A stretch of 20,856 nt of DNA from Promethearchaeota archaeon Loki_b32 (GTDB taxonomy: Archaea; Asgardarchaeota; Lokiarchaeia; Sigyniarchaeales; SOKP01). Positions 1-7,806 of this stretch are shown here, in pieces; positions within the stretch are counted from its first letter, which is position 1; each line of letters begins with the position of its first letter. A program made the position numbers and the translations under genes. The notes under the pieces were generated by a model. The model was not told the origin of the DNA, made no database searches, and worked only from the letters and a program-made list of their open reading frames with translations. Where the stretch lies: assembly GCA_005223125.1 (NCBI GenBank), contig NJBH01000051.1, forward strand, positions 1 through 20,856, written 5' to 3'.

Positions 1-340
1 CGTATTTTCTAGATATTACTCTTTCTTTATGGAGATCTAACTTTCCACCAACCATTAATAGAGGAATTTTTTTTTTTTCATTAGATAATTTGTCTTTGAA
101 TAATGTTAACCATTTTTCTACGTTTTTTATACTGGAATAATTAGTGATATCATACATAAAAATACCTCCTGATATGCCCTTTATAAAAATGGGGAAAATA
201 AATTGAAATTGAGGATCACTTCTAAGATTCCAAATTTGAAGGATAATTTTAGAAGAATTTATTGTTAAATTTTTAATCGCAATATCTATGCATACTGGTG
301 GTTTTACTTTCTTTTTTTGAATACCTGCTTGGGTTAGTTT
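1..340 (-). pseudogene. Rab/Ras-like small GTPase remnant (N-terminal G1 missing, G3 degenerate; runs off window start)
   Basis: Not in the ORF track. Manual minus-strand translation: ...PVCIDIAIKNLTINSSKIILQIWNLRSDPQFQFIFPIFIKGISGGIFMYDITNYSSIKNVEKWLTLFKDKLSNEKKKIPLLMVGGKLDLHKERVISRKY. This follows the Rab pattern (KLQIWD..GQERF, YDIT, IP..LVGNKxDL..R.VS). An in-frame TAA lies at 343-341 and no GxxxxGK[ST] was found upstream. Confidence 0.8.
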
Positions 341-939
341 TTAAGGCTTTAAGGCTTTATAACCCAGCCTTTTCAATTTTCTCCATCACAACACGAGGAA
401 AGACTAATACCCTCGAGCGGTCGGATTATCTCGAAAACACTGAAAAAATATTTGAGGAATATAACAAACAAACGCTTATACGTTTTAAACAAGCAAAAGG
501 AGATGTTAGGTCTATTAAAGCTATTAATAAATATTGCACTATGCCTAACGCTATGTGGAAAAGCCCCAGAATTGCGGCGGTTCAGTCCGACTTACTCTCA
601 GAGCTCTGGGATGGCAGGGATGCCCATACTGGCAAGCCATTAAGTACTGTTGTAAGGCATCACTATACCATTATTTATTGGGACGGAAATAAGGTAGGTT
701 ATATAAAATATGACTGTAGACTGGTAGCCCTTGTACCTTTGTCTCAGTCATCCCATCTTATGATGCTGACCTCATCAGCGAAGGCGATTAGAGAATATGA
801 GGCAAATTTTAAAAGAGTAATGGAAAATTTGATGAACGGGATATGGGATGTCCCAACTTGGTGGAAGAGGGAAAATCCTAAGGCTCTTAAATCTTTTGAG
901 GAAAATTTACTGAGGCTCGGATATGTAAAGCCTACGTAA
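298..939 (+). CDS. HNH-like nuclease domain protein, probably an N-terminally truncated fragment (possible toxin C-terminus)
   Basis: Motif GRDAHTGKPL..VRHH...KYDCRLVALVPLSQSSH resembles the HNH beta-beta-alpha-Me pattern (HH...NLVxLxxxxH). The GTG start at 298 overlaps the antisense GTPase remnant, so the true start is uncertain (first in-frame ATG at 541). Confidence 0.5.
   Translation: MVLLSFFEYLLGLVFKALRLYNPAFSIFSITTRGKTNTLERSDYLENTEKIFEEYNKQTLIRFKQAKGDVRSIKAINKYCTMPNAMWKSPRIAAVQSDLLSELWDGRDAHTGKPLSTVVRHHYTIIYWDGNKVGYIKYDCRLVALVPLSQSSHLMMLTSSAKAIREYEANFKRVMENLMNGIWDVPTWWKRENPKALKSFEENLLRLGYVKPT
342..357. repeat. 8-bp tandem duplication TAAGGCTT x2 at the GTPase truncation point
   Basis: ttaaggctttaaggcttta read directly; it coincides with the end of GTPase similarity. 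Confidence 0.5.
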
Positions 940-959
940 TAAAGATTACAAATTCCCCC

Positions 960-998
960 ACACTTAATATTTAAATAAGTGTTTTTTCTTTTCTTTTA
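960..998 (+). terminator. stem-loop ACACTTA-N9-TAAGTGT followed by T-rich tract
   Basis: 7-bp perfect inverted repeat (960-966/976-982) followed by TTTTTCTTTTCTTTT, just after the stop of 298..939. The loop region also contains TTTAAATA, a possible TATA box for 1039. Confidence 0.4.
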
Positions 999-1038
999 TA
1001 ATAAAAGACAAGATGTAAGTGTAATAAGAAAATAAAGT

Positions 1039-2178
1039 ATGTCAGACTTCAGCTATTATTTGGTGGAACCGTGCGAGCTTGTCACCATCGTGTATGGTTC
1101 AGATGGTATCACTGAACTTGGTGGGTATTCATTTAGAGGATACATAAAAGGTATGGATCATTTCTTTCGAATCTCTGATCTTTTTGCCTTTGAAATGAGT
1201 TATTTAGGTCAAGTTGAACTCCACGAGAAAAATATAGTTTTTGAAACCTTTTCTAATGTCTTACGAAGTAGTTTTTATTGGGAGATAGAAAAAGGATTAG
1301 CAAGGACTCTTGAGGACGTCGTTAATCGATATATTGAAGAATTAAAGCAATATAAATTTATGACTCAAAGACTACATCCATTTTTACCAAAATCAAGTAT
1401 TACTACTTCCGCTGATCTTAAAGAAGTTGAAATAACCATCGACCGCATTTTCAAATGGATACAGAAAATGCGCCAACACCATATTATTTTTTATGAGCGT
1501 GTCTTACAGGAATATACTGCTCGACAAGACCAGTATAACCAGCGTTTGCGGGAATATTTAGAAAATAATGATAATAAAGAGAAATCCGTGAGTAAATCTG
1601 TCGAGTTTTCCATCGATTCTGTCTTATCTGAACTTGGAATTGATTCTGAGAATCACAGTAATGACGGATTACCTAAGACGCATTACGACATTCACAGCCA
1701 ATCTTGGTATCTTAAAGATTTAATGAAGCTTGAGAATCCTGACATCGAGAGATATACCAAGAGTTATGAGGAGCTCCCTCGTTATCGTACTGGTGAGATA
1801 CATACACATCCAGAAGGTTTGAGAGCCTTTTTTGAGCTGTTCTTCGTCTTTAAGGATGAAATGAGCCTTATATTACCTGACAATCCCGATGAGAGCTTTT
1901 TCGAAAAGGTCTTAACGGTTCTCATCCGAGATTTTATTAACGATTTTAAACGGAAGGGCGACTTGGAGGATATAATTGTCGAATACATCGAGGAACTCGA
2001 GAAGTTTGAATTCCTTTCCCTTTCAAAAGAACAATTTTTCGACAAACTTTCCAAAATGATTTATGACCTTCGAACTCGACGTATTGCTTTCTATGAAGCT
2101 GTGCTTGAGGATTATTTGGCGAATAAGGAAAAATATGATAAAAACATGGAAATAAAAACATTGAAATATATACCATAA
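1039..2178 (+). CDS. acidic helical hypothetical protein with internal domain duplication (possible immunity protein)
   Basis: 379 aa ORF with two similar halves: G..xFF....F..EMS...FE...LED.V..YIEEL....F...I..MR...I.FYE.VL..Y......Y. Confidence 0.75.
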   Translation: MSDFSYYLVEPCELVTIVYGSDGITELGGYSFRGYIKGMDHFFRISDLFAFEMSYLGQVELHEKNIVFETFSNVLRSSFYWEIEKGLARTLEDVVNRYIEELKQYKFMTQRLHPFLPKSSITTSADLKEVEITIDRIFKWIQKMRQHHIIFYERVLQEYTARQDQYNQRLREYLENNDNKEKSVSKSVEFSIDSVLSELGIDSENHSNDGLPKTHYDIHSQSWYLKDLMKLENPDIERYTKSYEELPRYRTGEIHTHPEGLRAFFELFFVFKDEMSLILPDNPDESFFEKVLTVLIRDFINDFKRKGDLEDIIVEYIEELEKFEFLSLSKEQFFDKLSKMIYDLRTRRIAFYEAVLEDYLANKEKYDKNMEIKTLKYIP

Positions 2179-2376
2179 ATGTAGTAACTCTACTTTTTCA
2201 GTATGTTTAGATTTTCAATTTCAATTTTTATCCTGTCTATTTCTTTTAATAAATATAAGTAGAGGAAGGGTGATAAACATATATTGTATATCAGTACATT
2301 ACCAAAAATCAAAAATTCCGTGTTTTAGGTATAATCTCACATTATTTTTAGTATTTCATACATAGTAGGGACCAAG

Positions 2377-2467
2377 AATTCAAAGAGTTCAAAAATTATG
2401 ATCATAGTTCAACTATAGTTCAAACTACATCTGAACTTTATGTAACAAAACTATATATTGAACTTCA
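2377..2467 (+). promoter_or_regulatory. promoter A: A(G/C)TTCA-like box array + TATA (AACTATATAT 2449-2458)
   Basis: AGTTCA at 2386, 2406 and 2417; ACTACA 2424; ACTTTA 2435; 8 nt gap to TATA; ACTTCA 2462. Same spacing as promoters B-D. Confidence 0.65.
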
Positions 2468-2477
2468 TCTTCATTTT

Positions 2478-2509
2478 AATTAAACAAAACAACAATTAAA
2501 CAAAACAAC
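2478..2509 (+). repeat. perfect 16-bp tandem repeat AATTAAACAAAACAAC x2 in the 5' leader
   Basis: Copies at 2478-2493 and 2494-2509, followed by a partial AAAACAG. Confidence 0.85.
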
Positions 2510-2549
2510 AAAACAGAAAAAAGAATAATGAAAAAGGAGTGAAAAAAAC

Positions 2550-2819
2550 ATGGCTCAAGCAATAAGAAATAAGGATGTAAGAAAAAATTGTGTTGATGTC
2601 GAACATATTATTACAGAAGGTTTGATAAAACCCGAGAGGGAAGAGATTCGGGAAATAGTGGAGCCAAATCAATCTAGCGAGCTTAGCAAAAAGCTCTTAA
2701 AGTTTCATTCAAAATCTAAATATAATGCAAAATATCATCAAGAGTTAATTCCTTTTGAACGGGTTAAATACAAATTAACTTACAGGACTTACAGGAATTA
2801 TGCAATTAATTTAAATTAG
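2550..2819 (+). CDS. small hypothetical protein (89 aa), paralog of 12613..12822
   Basis: RBS GGAGTGA upstream. Shares PE.EE..E.VE, KK.LKF, AK.HQE.I and K......YR with 12613..12822. Confidence 0.8.
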   Translation: MAQAIRNKDVRKNCVDVEHIITEGLIKPEREEIREIVEPNQSSELSKKLLKFHSKSKYNAKYHQELIPFERVKYKLTYRTYRNYAINLN

Positions 2820-2862
2820 TAAAAAATAAAAAGAAAAAAAATGAAAAAGTGAGGTAAAAAAA

Positions 2863-2940
2863 ATGAGAAAAATGCGAGAAGCAATAATTATAATTAAAAA
2901 TGGTATTGTGAACTATAATCTAACTTATCTTAATCAATAA
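2863..2940 (+). CDS. micropeptide, 25 aa MRKMREAIIIIKNGIVNYNLTYLNQ
   Basis: RBS GAGGT at 2851-2855, ATG 2863, TAA 2938-2940, then a T-tract. Same position and similar composition as 12851..12940. Confidence 0.65.
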   Translation: MRKMREAIIIIKNGIVNYNLTYLNQ

Positions 2941-3022
2941 ATATTTTTTTTATTTTTATGAAAGACAAGCTACTGAGTAATTTACGATAATCAATCATTA
3001 TTATATCATCTCGAAAATAAAT

Positions 3023-3093
3023 CTTTTCCATTTCCGTATTAGAACGTAATGTGAGAAAATGGGGCGAGATTTTTACTCGCCCTAATTACATTA
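3023..3093 (+). other. conserved intergenic element copy 1 (CTTTTCCATTTCC + GGGCGAG-ATTTTTA-CTCGCCC hairpin)
   Basis: Stem 3062-3068/3076-3082; related copies at 7544-7595 and 12963-13013. Confidence 0.75.
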
Positions 3094-3121
3094 AAAATAA
3101 TAATTTAAATGGTGAAAATGT

Positions 3122-3301
3122 ATGGGTTTAGAAAAAATAAATTTTGTAGGTAGGTGCCATTGTCCAGAATGCAATGGTTTGTATATTATAATAGACAATG
3201 AAATTATTTCTTGTCCTGTATGTGAATTAAATTCACATGGAAATGTCTCAAAAATGTACGAAGAGGAAGCAGGAAAAGAAGTAGTTCAATATCAAGTTTA
3301 A
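3122..3301 (+). CDS. zinc-ribbon microprotein (59 aa; CPEC...CPVC)
   Basis: RBS GGTGA at 3111-3115. Translation MGLEKINFVGRCHCPECNGLYIIIDNEIISCPVCELNSHGNVSKMYEEEAGKEVVQYQV; below the ORF-track cut-off. Confidence 0.75.
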   Translation: MGLEKINFVGRCHCPECNGLYIIIDNEIISCPVCELNSHGNVSKMYEEEAGKEVVQYQV

Positions 3302-3348
3302 AGTTCAATGAAAGTTCATTTAGTTAATCTATATATAAAACAAGTTAT
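3283..3348 (+). promoter_or_regulatory. promoter B: AGTTCA box array + TATA (ATCTATATAT 3327-3336)
   Basis: AGTTCA 3283, AGTTTA 3295, AGTTCA 3302, AGTTCA 3313; 8 nt gap to TATA. Confidence 0.7.
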
Positions 3349-3392
3349 TTAAAATTAATAAAAAAAAGAATCTGTAAAATAGGTAATTAAAA

Positions 3393-4703
3393 ATGGAACA
3401 AACTCCAACGAAAAGGAATTTCAGGCATTATATGTATTTCTTATTTGGACAACAATTTTCAATGCTGGGATCAATGATAGTGGGTTTTGTAATTACATTC
3501 TGGCTCACTATAGAAACCGGTAGCACTGTGATCCTTTCAATTTCGGTGTTTTTGATGTTTCTACCGCAAATTATTATAACGCCATTCTCTGGTGTTATCG
3601 CTGACAGGTGGAATAAGAAGGCTATTATTGCCTTTACAGATTCGATGCAAGCAGGGGTAACCTTTTTACTATTTGTATTTTTTCTTTTTGACTTTCAAAA
3701 CATTTGGTTAATATTAGGTGTAAACACATTTAGGGCATCATTATATGCATTTCAATATCCTACAGTACAATCTCTCATTCCAACAATGGTTCCGAAGGAA
3801 AAATTAAGTAGGATAAATGGTATAAATTTCTTATTTTCAGGAGTAATTTTTAGTATAGGTCCATTGCTCGCAGCAACACTTTTAGCATTTTTTACAATTA
3901 ACCAAATTTTCTTTGTTGACATTATAACTTTTTTAATTGCTCTCGTCCCATTTCTGTTAATAAAAATACCTAAAGTACATCGAGTTACAGAAGAAGCTGC
4001 TAAGAAGTCAATGTTTAAGGATTTCAAAACAGGGTTATTAACAATCAAGATGATTCCAGGCTTGTTTGCTATGATTGCATTTGCGATGATATGGAATTTC
4101 ATTAGTAGACCCTGGGCAGTGTTGCTACCATACTTTATATTAATTACACATGAGGGAACGGCTTTCTCTTTAGCATTGTTAATGACTTCATCTCAAGCTG
4201 GAAATATTCTTGGATCACTTATTTGTTCAGTTAAGAAAAATTGGAAACACAAAATAAAACTGAACATAATTGGCTCATCAATATTTTTCATATGTCAAAT
4301 ACCTGCGATTCTTGCACCTAAAGGGAATTTCATTCTCATGATGATAGTTCTTTTTCCCGCATGGGTACTATTTCCAATTACAGTTTCCACATATTTAACT
4401 ATTTTGCAAACAGTTGTTTCTAAAGATAAAATTGGCAGAATTATGTCAATTGATCACATGATTTCAATGGCGATAGCTCCAATTGGAGCGCTTATTGCGG
4501 GACCATTAGCAGAAACCATTGGTATAATCAATTTGTTTTTTATTTTTGCGATTGTGGGTATGATATTTCCTTATATCATTTGGTTTTTCACAAAAATCAG
4601 ACAGCTTGAAATCATCGAAAGAGAAATTATCATGAAAACAGAGGAAGTTGTTGAATTAGAAGAAACTCCAGAAATTATTCAAGTTATTGAACCAATTGAA
4701 TAA
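3393..4703 (+). CDS. MFS transporter (DHA3/MefA-like exporter type)
   Basis: About 12 hydrophobic segments; GQQFSMLGS N-terminus; MFS motif A GVIADRWNKK; PTMVPKEKLSRING; GRIMS..H....AIAPIGALIAGPL. Confidence 0.92.
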   Translation: MEQTPTKRNFRHYMYFLFGQQFSMLGSMIVGFVITFWLTIETGSTVILSISVFLMFLPQIIITPFSGVIADRWNKKAIIAFTDSMQAGVTFLLFVFFLFDFQNIWLILGVNTFRASLYAFQYPTVQSLIPTMVPKEKLSRINGINFLFSGVIFSIGPLLAATLLAFFTINQIFFVDIITFLIALVPFLLIKIPKVHRVTEEAAKKSMFKDFKTGLLTIKMIPGLFAMIAFAMIWNFISRPWAVLLPYFILITHEGTAFSLALLMTSSQAGNILGSLICSVKKNWKHKIKLNIIGSSIFFICQIPAILAPKGNFILMMIVLFPAWVLFPITVSTYLTILQTVVSKDKIGRIMSIDHMISMAIAPIGALIAGPLAETIGIINLFFIFAIVGMIFPYIIWFFTKIRQLEIIEREIIMKTEEVVELEETPEIIQVIEPIE

Positions 4704-4801
4704 ATTTTTTTTTCTCTTTTATTTATAATCTCTTTTTAAAAAAATTTTCCAATTCGCCATAGAGCATTTATTTAAATAGATGATACTTCATTCCTTAAAT
4801 A

Positions 4802-5890
4802 ATGGAAGAATTTACTATTAATGAGTATCTTAGCTTAAGACTTGAAGACGAAACGACAAATATCTATGTAAACAACAAAAAAATCTTGCGATGTAAATAC
4901 ATTCTAATCGATATTCCTATTGAAACCTTAGACAATGATGAATTTGAATCTATTGATGAATATATTGATGAGTATAAAAAAGTTGAAGCAGAAACAAAAG
5001 AGAAAGCAAAAAAGCTTCCACCTGATGTGGAGTTCTGGGGTCATTGCTCCAACCTTCACTATTGGCACTTACAGCAATATGATACAAATATTATTCATCA
5101 CGAATTAGCGTTTCCCTTACTAAAAGCTCTTACCAAAGCAGGAGACCTAATAGCTAAAGCAAGGTTTAAAGATGAGATCGCGAAATGATTTGGAAGCGGA
5201 TATCCCTCAGTCATGAAATTCTTAGAAAAAGAAGGATACTTAGAGTACCTAAATGAAGGAGAGCTTATATTATGTGTAAAAGACGCACTCGAGAAGAGTT
5301 TAAGAAAATTGGATCATAAGGCTGTAGATTGGTTAATAATGTATTACGGAAATAAACTTAAAACACATTTCGGAAGGGAGGAATACCTAAATATTCTTTT
5401 AAACAAAAACGAGGCAGAAATCATCATCGAATTAGGAAAAATTATTGGTAAAGATATCATAATTGAAGAATATAGAATTGATAGACTACATATTTCAGGT
5501 CTTTCAGAAGAGTATAGAGATACTAAAAGAAACCCATTTACAGAGTACTCAATCGAAGTAGAAGATAAATTTGTCGTAAGGCTTAATTTGTCAGATTGTG
5601 GTCTAAATTCTTTTCCTAAAATTATAACTGAATTAATAAAATTAGAAACTCTAATTTTAAATGGAAATGAATTAAAAGAAATATCAAAATCAATTTTAGA
5701 CATGAAATATTTAAGATTTGTATCCATAGCTCGTTGTGGAATTCAAAACATCCCAAATTGGTTTAAAAACTTAAAACTTTTAAAAGGAATATATCTTTTA
5801 GAAGGAATAAATCTATCAGGCAATCCGTTAAATGAAAGAAGTAAAGAATTAATAAAAAATTTTAAAAATATTGAATACTGGGTAAATTAA
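4802..5890 (+). pseudogene. Lokiarchaeia-type leucine-rich repeat protein interrupted by an in-frame TGA at 5186-5188
   Basis: ORFs 4802..5188 and 5213..5890 are in the same frame: KDEIAK*FGSGYPSVMKFL. N-terminal EFTINEYLSLRLE...EFWGHCSNL...LAFPLLKAL domain; C-terminal LRRs (LNLSDCGLNSFP, LETLILNGNELKEIS, INLSGNPL). Confidence 0.85.
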
Positions 5891-6153
5891 TCAATCCATC
5901 CCTTTTCCCTATACTTATTAACCAAATAAGGATTGTCCAGTAAATCGACATAGTTAGGCCTAATATACTTGTCTAAATCGGAGCTATATATGATCAAAGT
6001 ACCTCCACCCCAGATAAGGTCCCATTCCTCATTCATTAGGTCAATAAAATCCTCTGTACTCATTTCAATTTCCTCCCCGAGAATAGTTGGATGCACCGTG
6101 CTAACATAATAGTTATTAAATACGAAGTTACCGAAATCCCAGAAATTGTCCAA
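5887..6153 (-). pseudogene. probable gene fragment (88 aa, TTG start, no RBS)
   Basis: Protein-like sequence in a visibly more GC-rich patch. The frame is open up to a stop at 6201-6199 with no ATG upstream of 6153. Its stop overlaps the LRR stop (TTAA). Confidence 0.35.
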
Positions 6154-6278
6154 GTTGCTAGGACTGTAGAGTAAGTTTTTTTTAATTTTTTTTATTCTTT
6201 AATTTTTTTTAAGTAATTTATAATTAATTTGAAGCCTTTTTCACTAAATCTCATTCTATAGGTAATAAATATTCTATA

Positions 6279-6381
6279 ACTTCAATTTCAGTTTCCAGTT
6301 CACTTCAAGTTCAATTATCAAATCTATTTATGTAATAAAATCTAATCTTTGATCAGAAAAGAACTTGGCATGGAAAGTTCG
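6279..6381 (+). promoter_or_regulatory. promoter C: A(G/C)TTCA box array + TATA (ATCTATTTAT 6322-6331)
   Basis: ACTTCA 6279, AGTTTC 6290, AGTTCA 6297, AGTTCA 6308; 8 nt gap to TATA; downstream GAACT 6361 and AGTTCG 6376. Confidence 0.7.
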
Positions 6382-6423
6382 AACAATAAATATTAAACGA
6401 AATCACTAAAATAGGTATATTAA

Positions 6424-7383
6424 ATGACAGAAAGACCAGAAACAGAAAAGGCTTTAATAGATAGTTTGAACTTAAAAGCTTCTGAGATAGCGGATTCGAA
6501 ATTTAAACTAATAGATAGAGTTATTCTAGATTTTGCACCAGAAATAGCATATATATACCAGATTCGGGAGGATAAATCAGAAGAACAACAGATAAAAACA
6601 GGACGTCTTCATGAAAATCGCATTTTAGGAATTTTTTTAAAATTTTATTTAGAAGGCAAAAAAAAAATTACCACAGGAGACGTTGAGGAGGAATATAGGC
6701 TATATTTTAGAGAGATTGCACGATCAACTACATCAACTTATTTAAACATGCTTAAAAATGAATCTATTTTATCCACAGAAAAAGATGGGAGAAAAGCTTA
6801 TTATTTTTTACATGAAGATCCCCCACTAGGGATCAAACCTTTTTGGTTTACACGAATTTTTTGTATAGTTCCTGTTTATTTTAATAGAGCGATGACTTTT
6901 TCTCATTTATACATTAATCCTGAAAAAGCCATACAGGATTACGTTAATCAATACGGAGGTAAAGATAAAAAAATTTTAGTAAAAAATTTCAAATTTATTA
7001 TAGGGCTAATATTATTAAATATTTTTAAAAATCGAAGTTCGAAGTGTATACTTTGTCAATTTAGTAAAAGGGAAATATATGAGAAATTGGAAGAAATAAT
7101 TAGTATTGCAATTAAAGATAGAACTGATGTTTTACCCGAGGATCTGGTGAATAATGTAATAAACAAGTATTCAGAAATACCAACGCTCAATGAAACTGAT
7201 AACGATATTATGGAAGAAATCACTACTCACATGTCAAGATATGCTGATATTTACAAAAGAGATATTGAATTTCAGGTTATGTTATCAGTTCGACGGCAAG
7301 ATTTACGGTTAAAACAAAAAAGGGCTTTAGAGGGAGATATGTTATCAGTTTTAATTGAGGAAAAAATCGAGAGAGGTGTATGA
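6424..7383 (+). CDS. winged-helix transcriptional regulator with uncharacterised C-terminal domain
   Basis: RILGIFLKFYLEGKKKITTGDVEEEY...IARSTTSTYLNMLKNESILSTEKDGRKAYYFL is a wHTH with wing; a CILC motif occurs later. Confidence 0.75.
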   Translation: MTERPETEKALIDSLNLKASEIADSKFKLIDRVILDFAPEIAYIYQIREDKSEEQQIKTGRLHENRILGIFLKFYLEGKKKITTGDVEEEYRLYFREIARSTTSTYLNMLKNESILSTEKDGRKAYYFLHEDPPLGIKPFWFTRIFCIVPVYFNRAMTFSHLYINPEKAIQDYVNQYGGKDKKILVKNFKFIIGLILLNIFKNRSSKCILCQFSKREIYEKLEEIISIAIKDRTDVLPEDLVNNVINKYSEIPTLNETDNDIMEEITTHMSRYADIYKRDIEFQVMLSVRRQDLRLKQKRALEGDMLSVLIEEKIERGV

Positions 7384-7526
7384 AAATTAATAAGATTAAA
7401 TTAAATTGTATGATATGTGGGAAGGAAATCAAATTAAATTTTAATTCTATTACGGCGATATGTAAGAAATGTCAGAAAACCCGTGAGAAAACCCTTATTT
7501 ATGAACCATTTTTCCTATCAGAATAA
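7380..7526 (+). CDS. zinc-ribbon microprotein (48 aa; CMICG...CKKC)
   Basis: RBS GAGGTG and ATGA overlap with the stop of 6424..7383. Translation MKINKIKLNCMICGKEIKLNFNSITAICKKCQKTREKTLIYEPFFLSE. Confidence 0.8.
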   Translation: MKINKIKLNCMICGKEIKLNFNSITAICKKCQKTREKTLIYEPFFLSE

Positions 7527-7543
7527 TAATTTAATTTATTTTA

Positions 7544-7595
7544 CTTTTTCATTTCCAAATTATAAGAGAGAGATTTTTACTCGCCTTTAAGTTTT
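7544..7595 (+). other. conserved intergenic element copy 2 (degenerate 5' arm)
   Basis: CTTTTTCATTTCCAAATTATAAGAGAGAGATTTTTACTCGCCTTTAAGTTTT; shares GAGATTTTTACTCGCC exactly with copy 1. Confidence 0.7.
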
Positions 7596-7686
7596 ACAAA
7601 AAAACTATTAGTTATTTTGATTTTTCATGATTTTGAATTTCTCAAATTAGAGCAAACTCTACTTAGAAGAAAATATAATTTATGTT

Positions 7687-7777
7687 AAGTTGTGAAATTT
7701 TTTACACTATAATTATGTTTAAATACTCTATTAGATTTTATATTCTTAGAAAGTTGTGAAAAAAAAATACACAACTT
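7687..7777 (+). promoter_or_regulatory. two operator-like dyads flanking the thioredoxin TATA box
   Basis: Perfect AAGTTGTG-N11-CACAACTT at 7751-7777; imperfect AAGTTGTG-N10-CACTATAA at 7687-7712; TTTAAATA at 7718-7725 between them. Confidence 0.7.
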
Positions 7778-7806
7778 ATTTAAGAATTTTAAAATGTGAA
7801 AAACGA

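Noticed and set aside
452-2176. Alternative-frame/antisense ORFs 452..643, 1782..2054, 1946..2176
   Set aside because: They are nested in better-supported genes and have no motifs or RBS.
3023-3035. CTTTTCCATTT is complementary to AAATGGAA start contexts (e.g. 3391-3398 of the MFS gene), suggesting antisense control
   Set aside because: ATG-GAA starts preceded by A-runs are very common in this AT-rich DNA; an 8-nt match is not significant.
3023-3093. Hairpin element as a SECIS or as a CRISPR repeat
   Set aside because: It lacks the AUGA/GA quartet and apical AA of eukaryote/Loki-type SECIS and does not follow the TGA-containing gene. The copies are kilobases apart with no spacer array or cas genes.
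3302-3318. AGTTCA-N5-AGTTCA is formally the same as a metazoan nuclear-receptor DR5 (retinoic acid) response element
   Set aside because: No nuclear-receptor double C4 zinc finger is encoded here and these receptors are animal-specific. An 11-bp period is expected for any direct-repeat binder, so I treat it as coincidence.
7756-7806. Track start (GTG 7756) for thioredoxin
   Set aside because: It lies within the operator palindrome and poly-A spacer; ATG 7807 gives a typical archaeal thioredoxin N-terminus.
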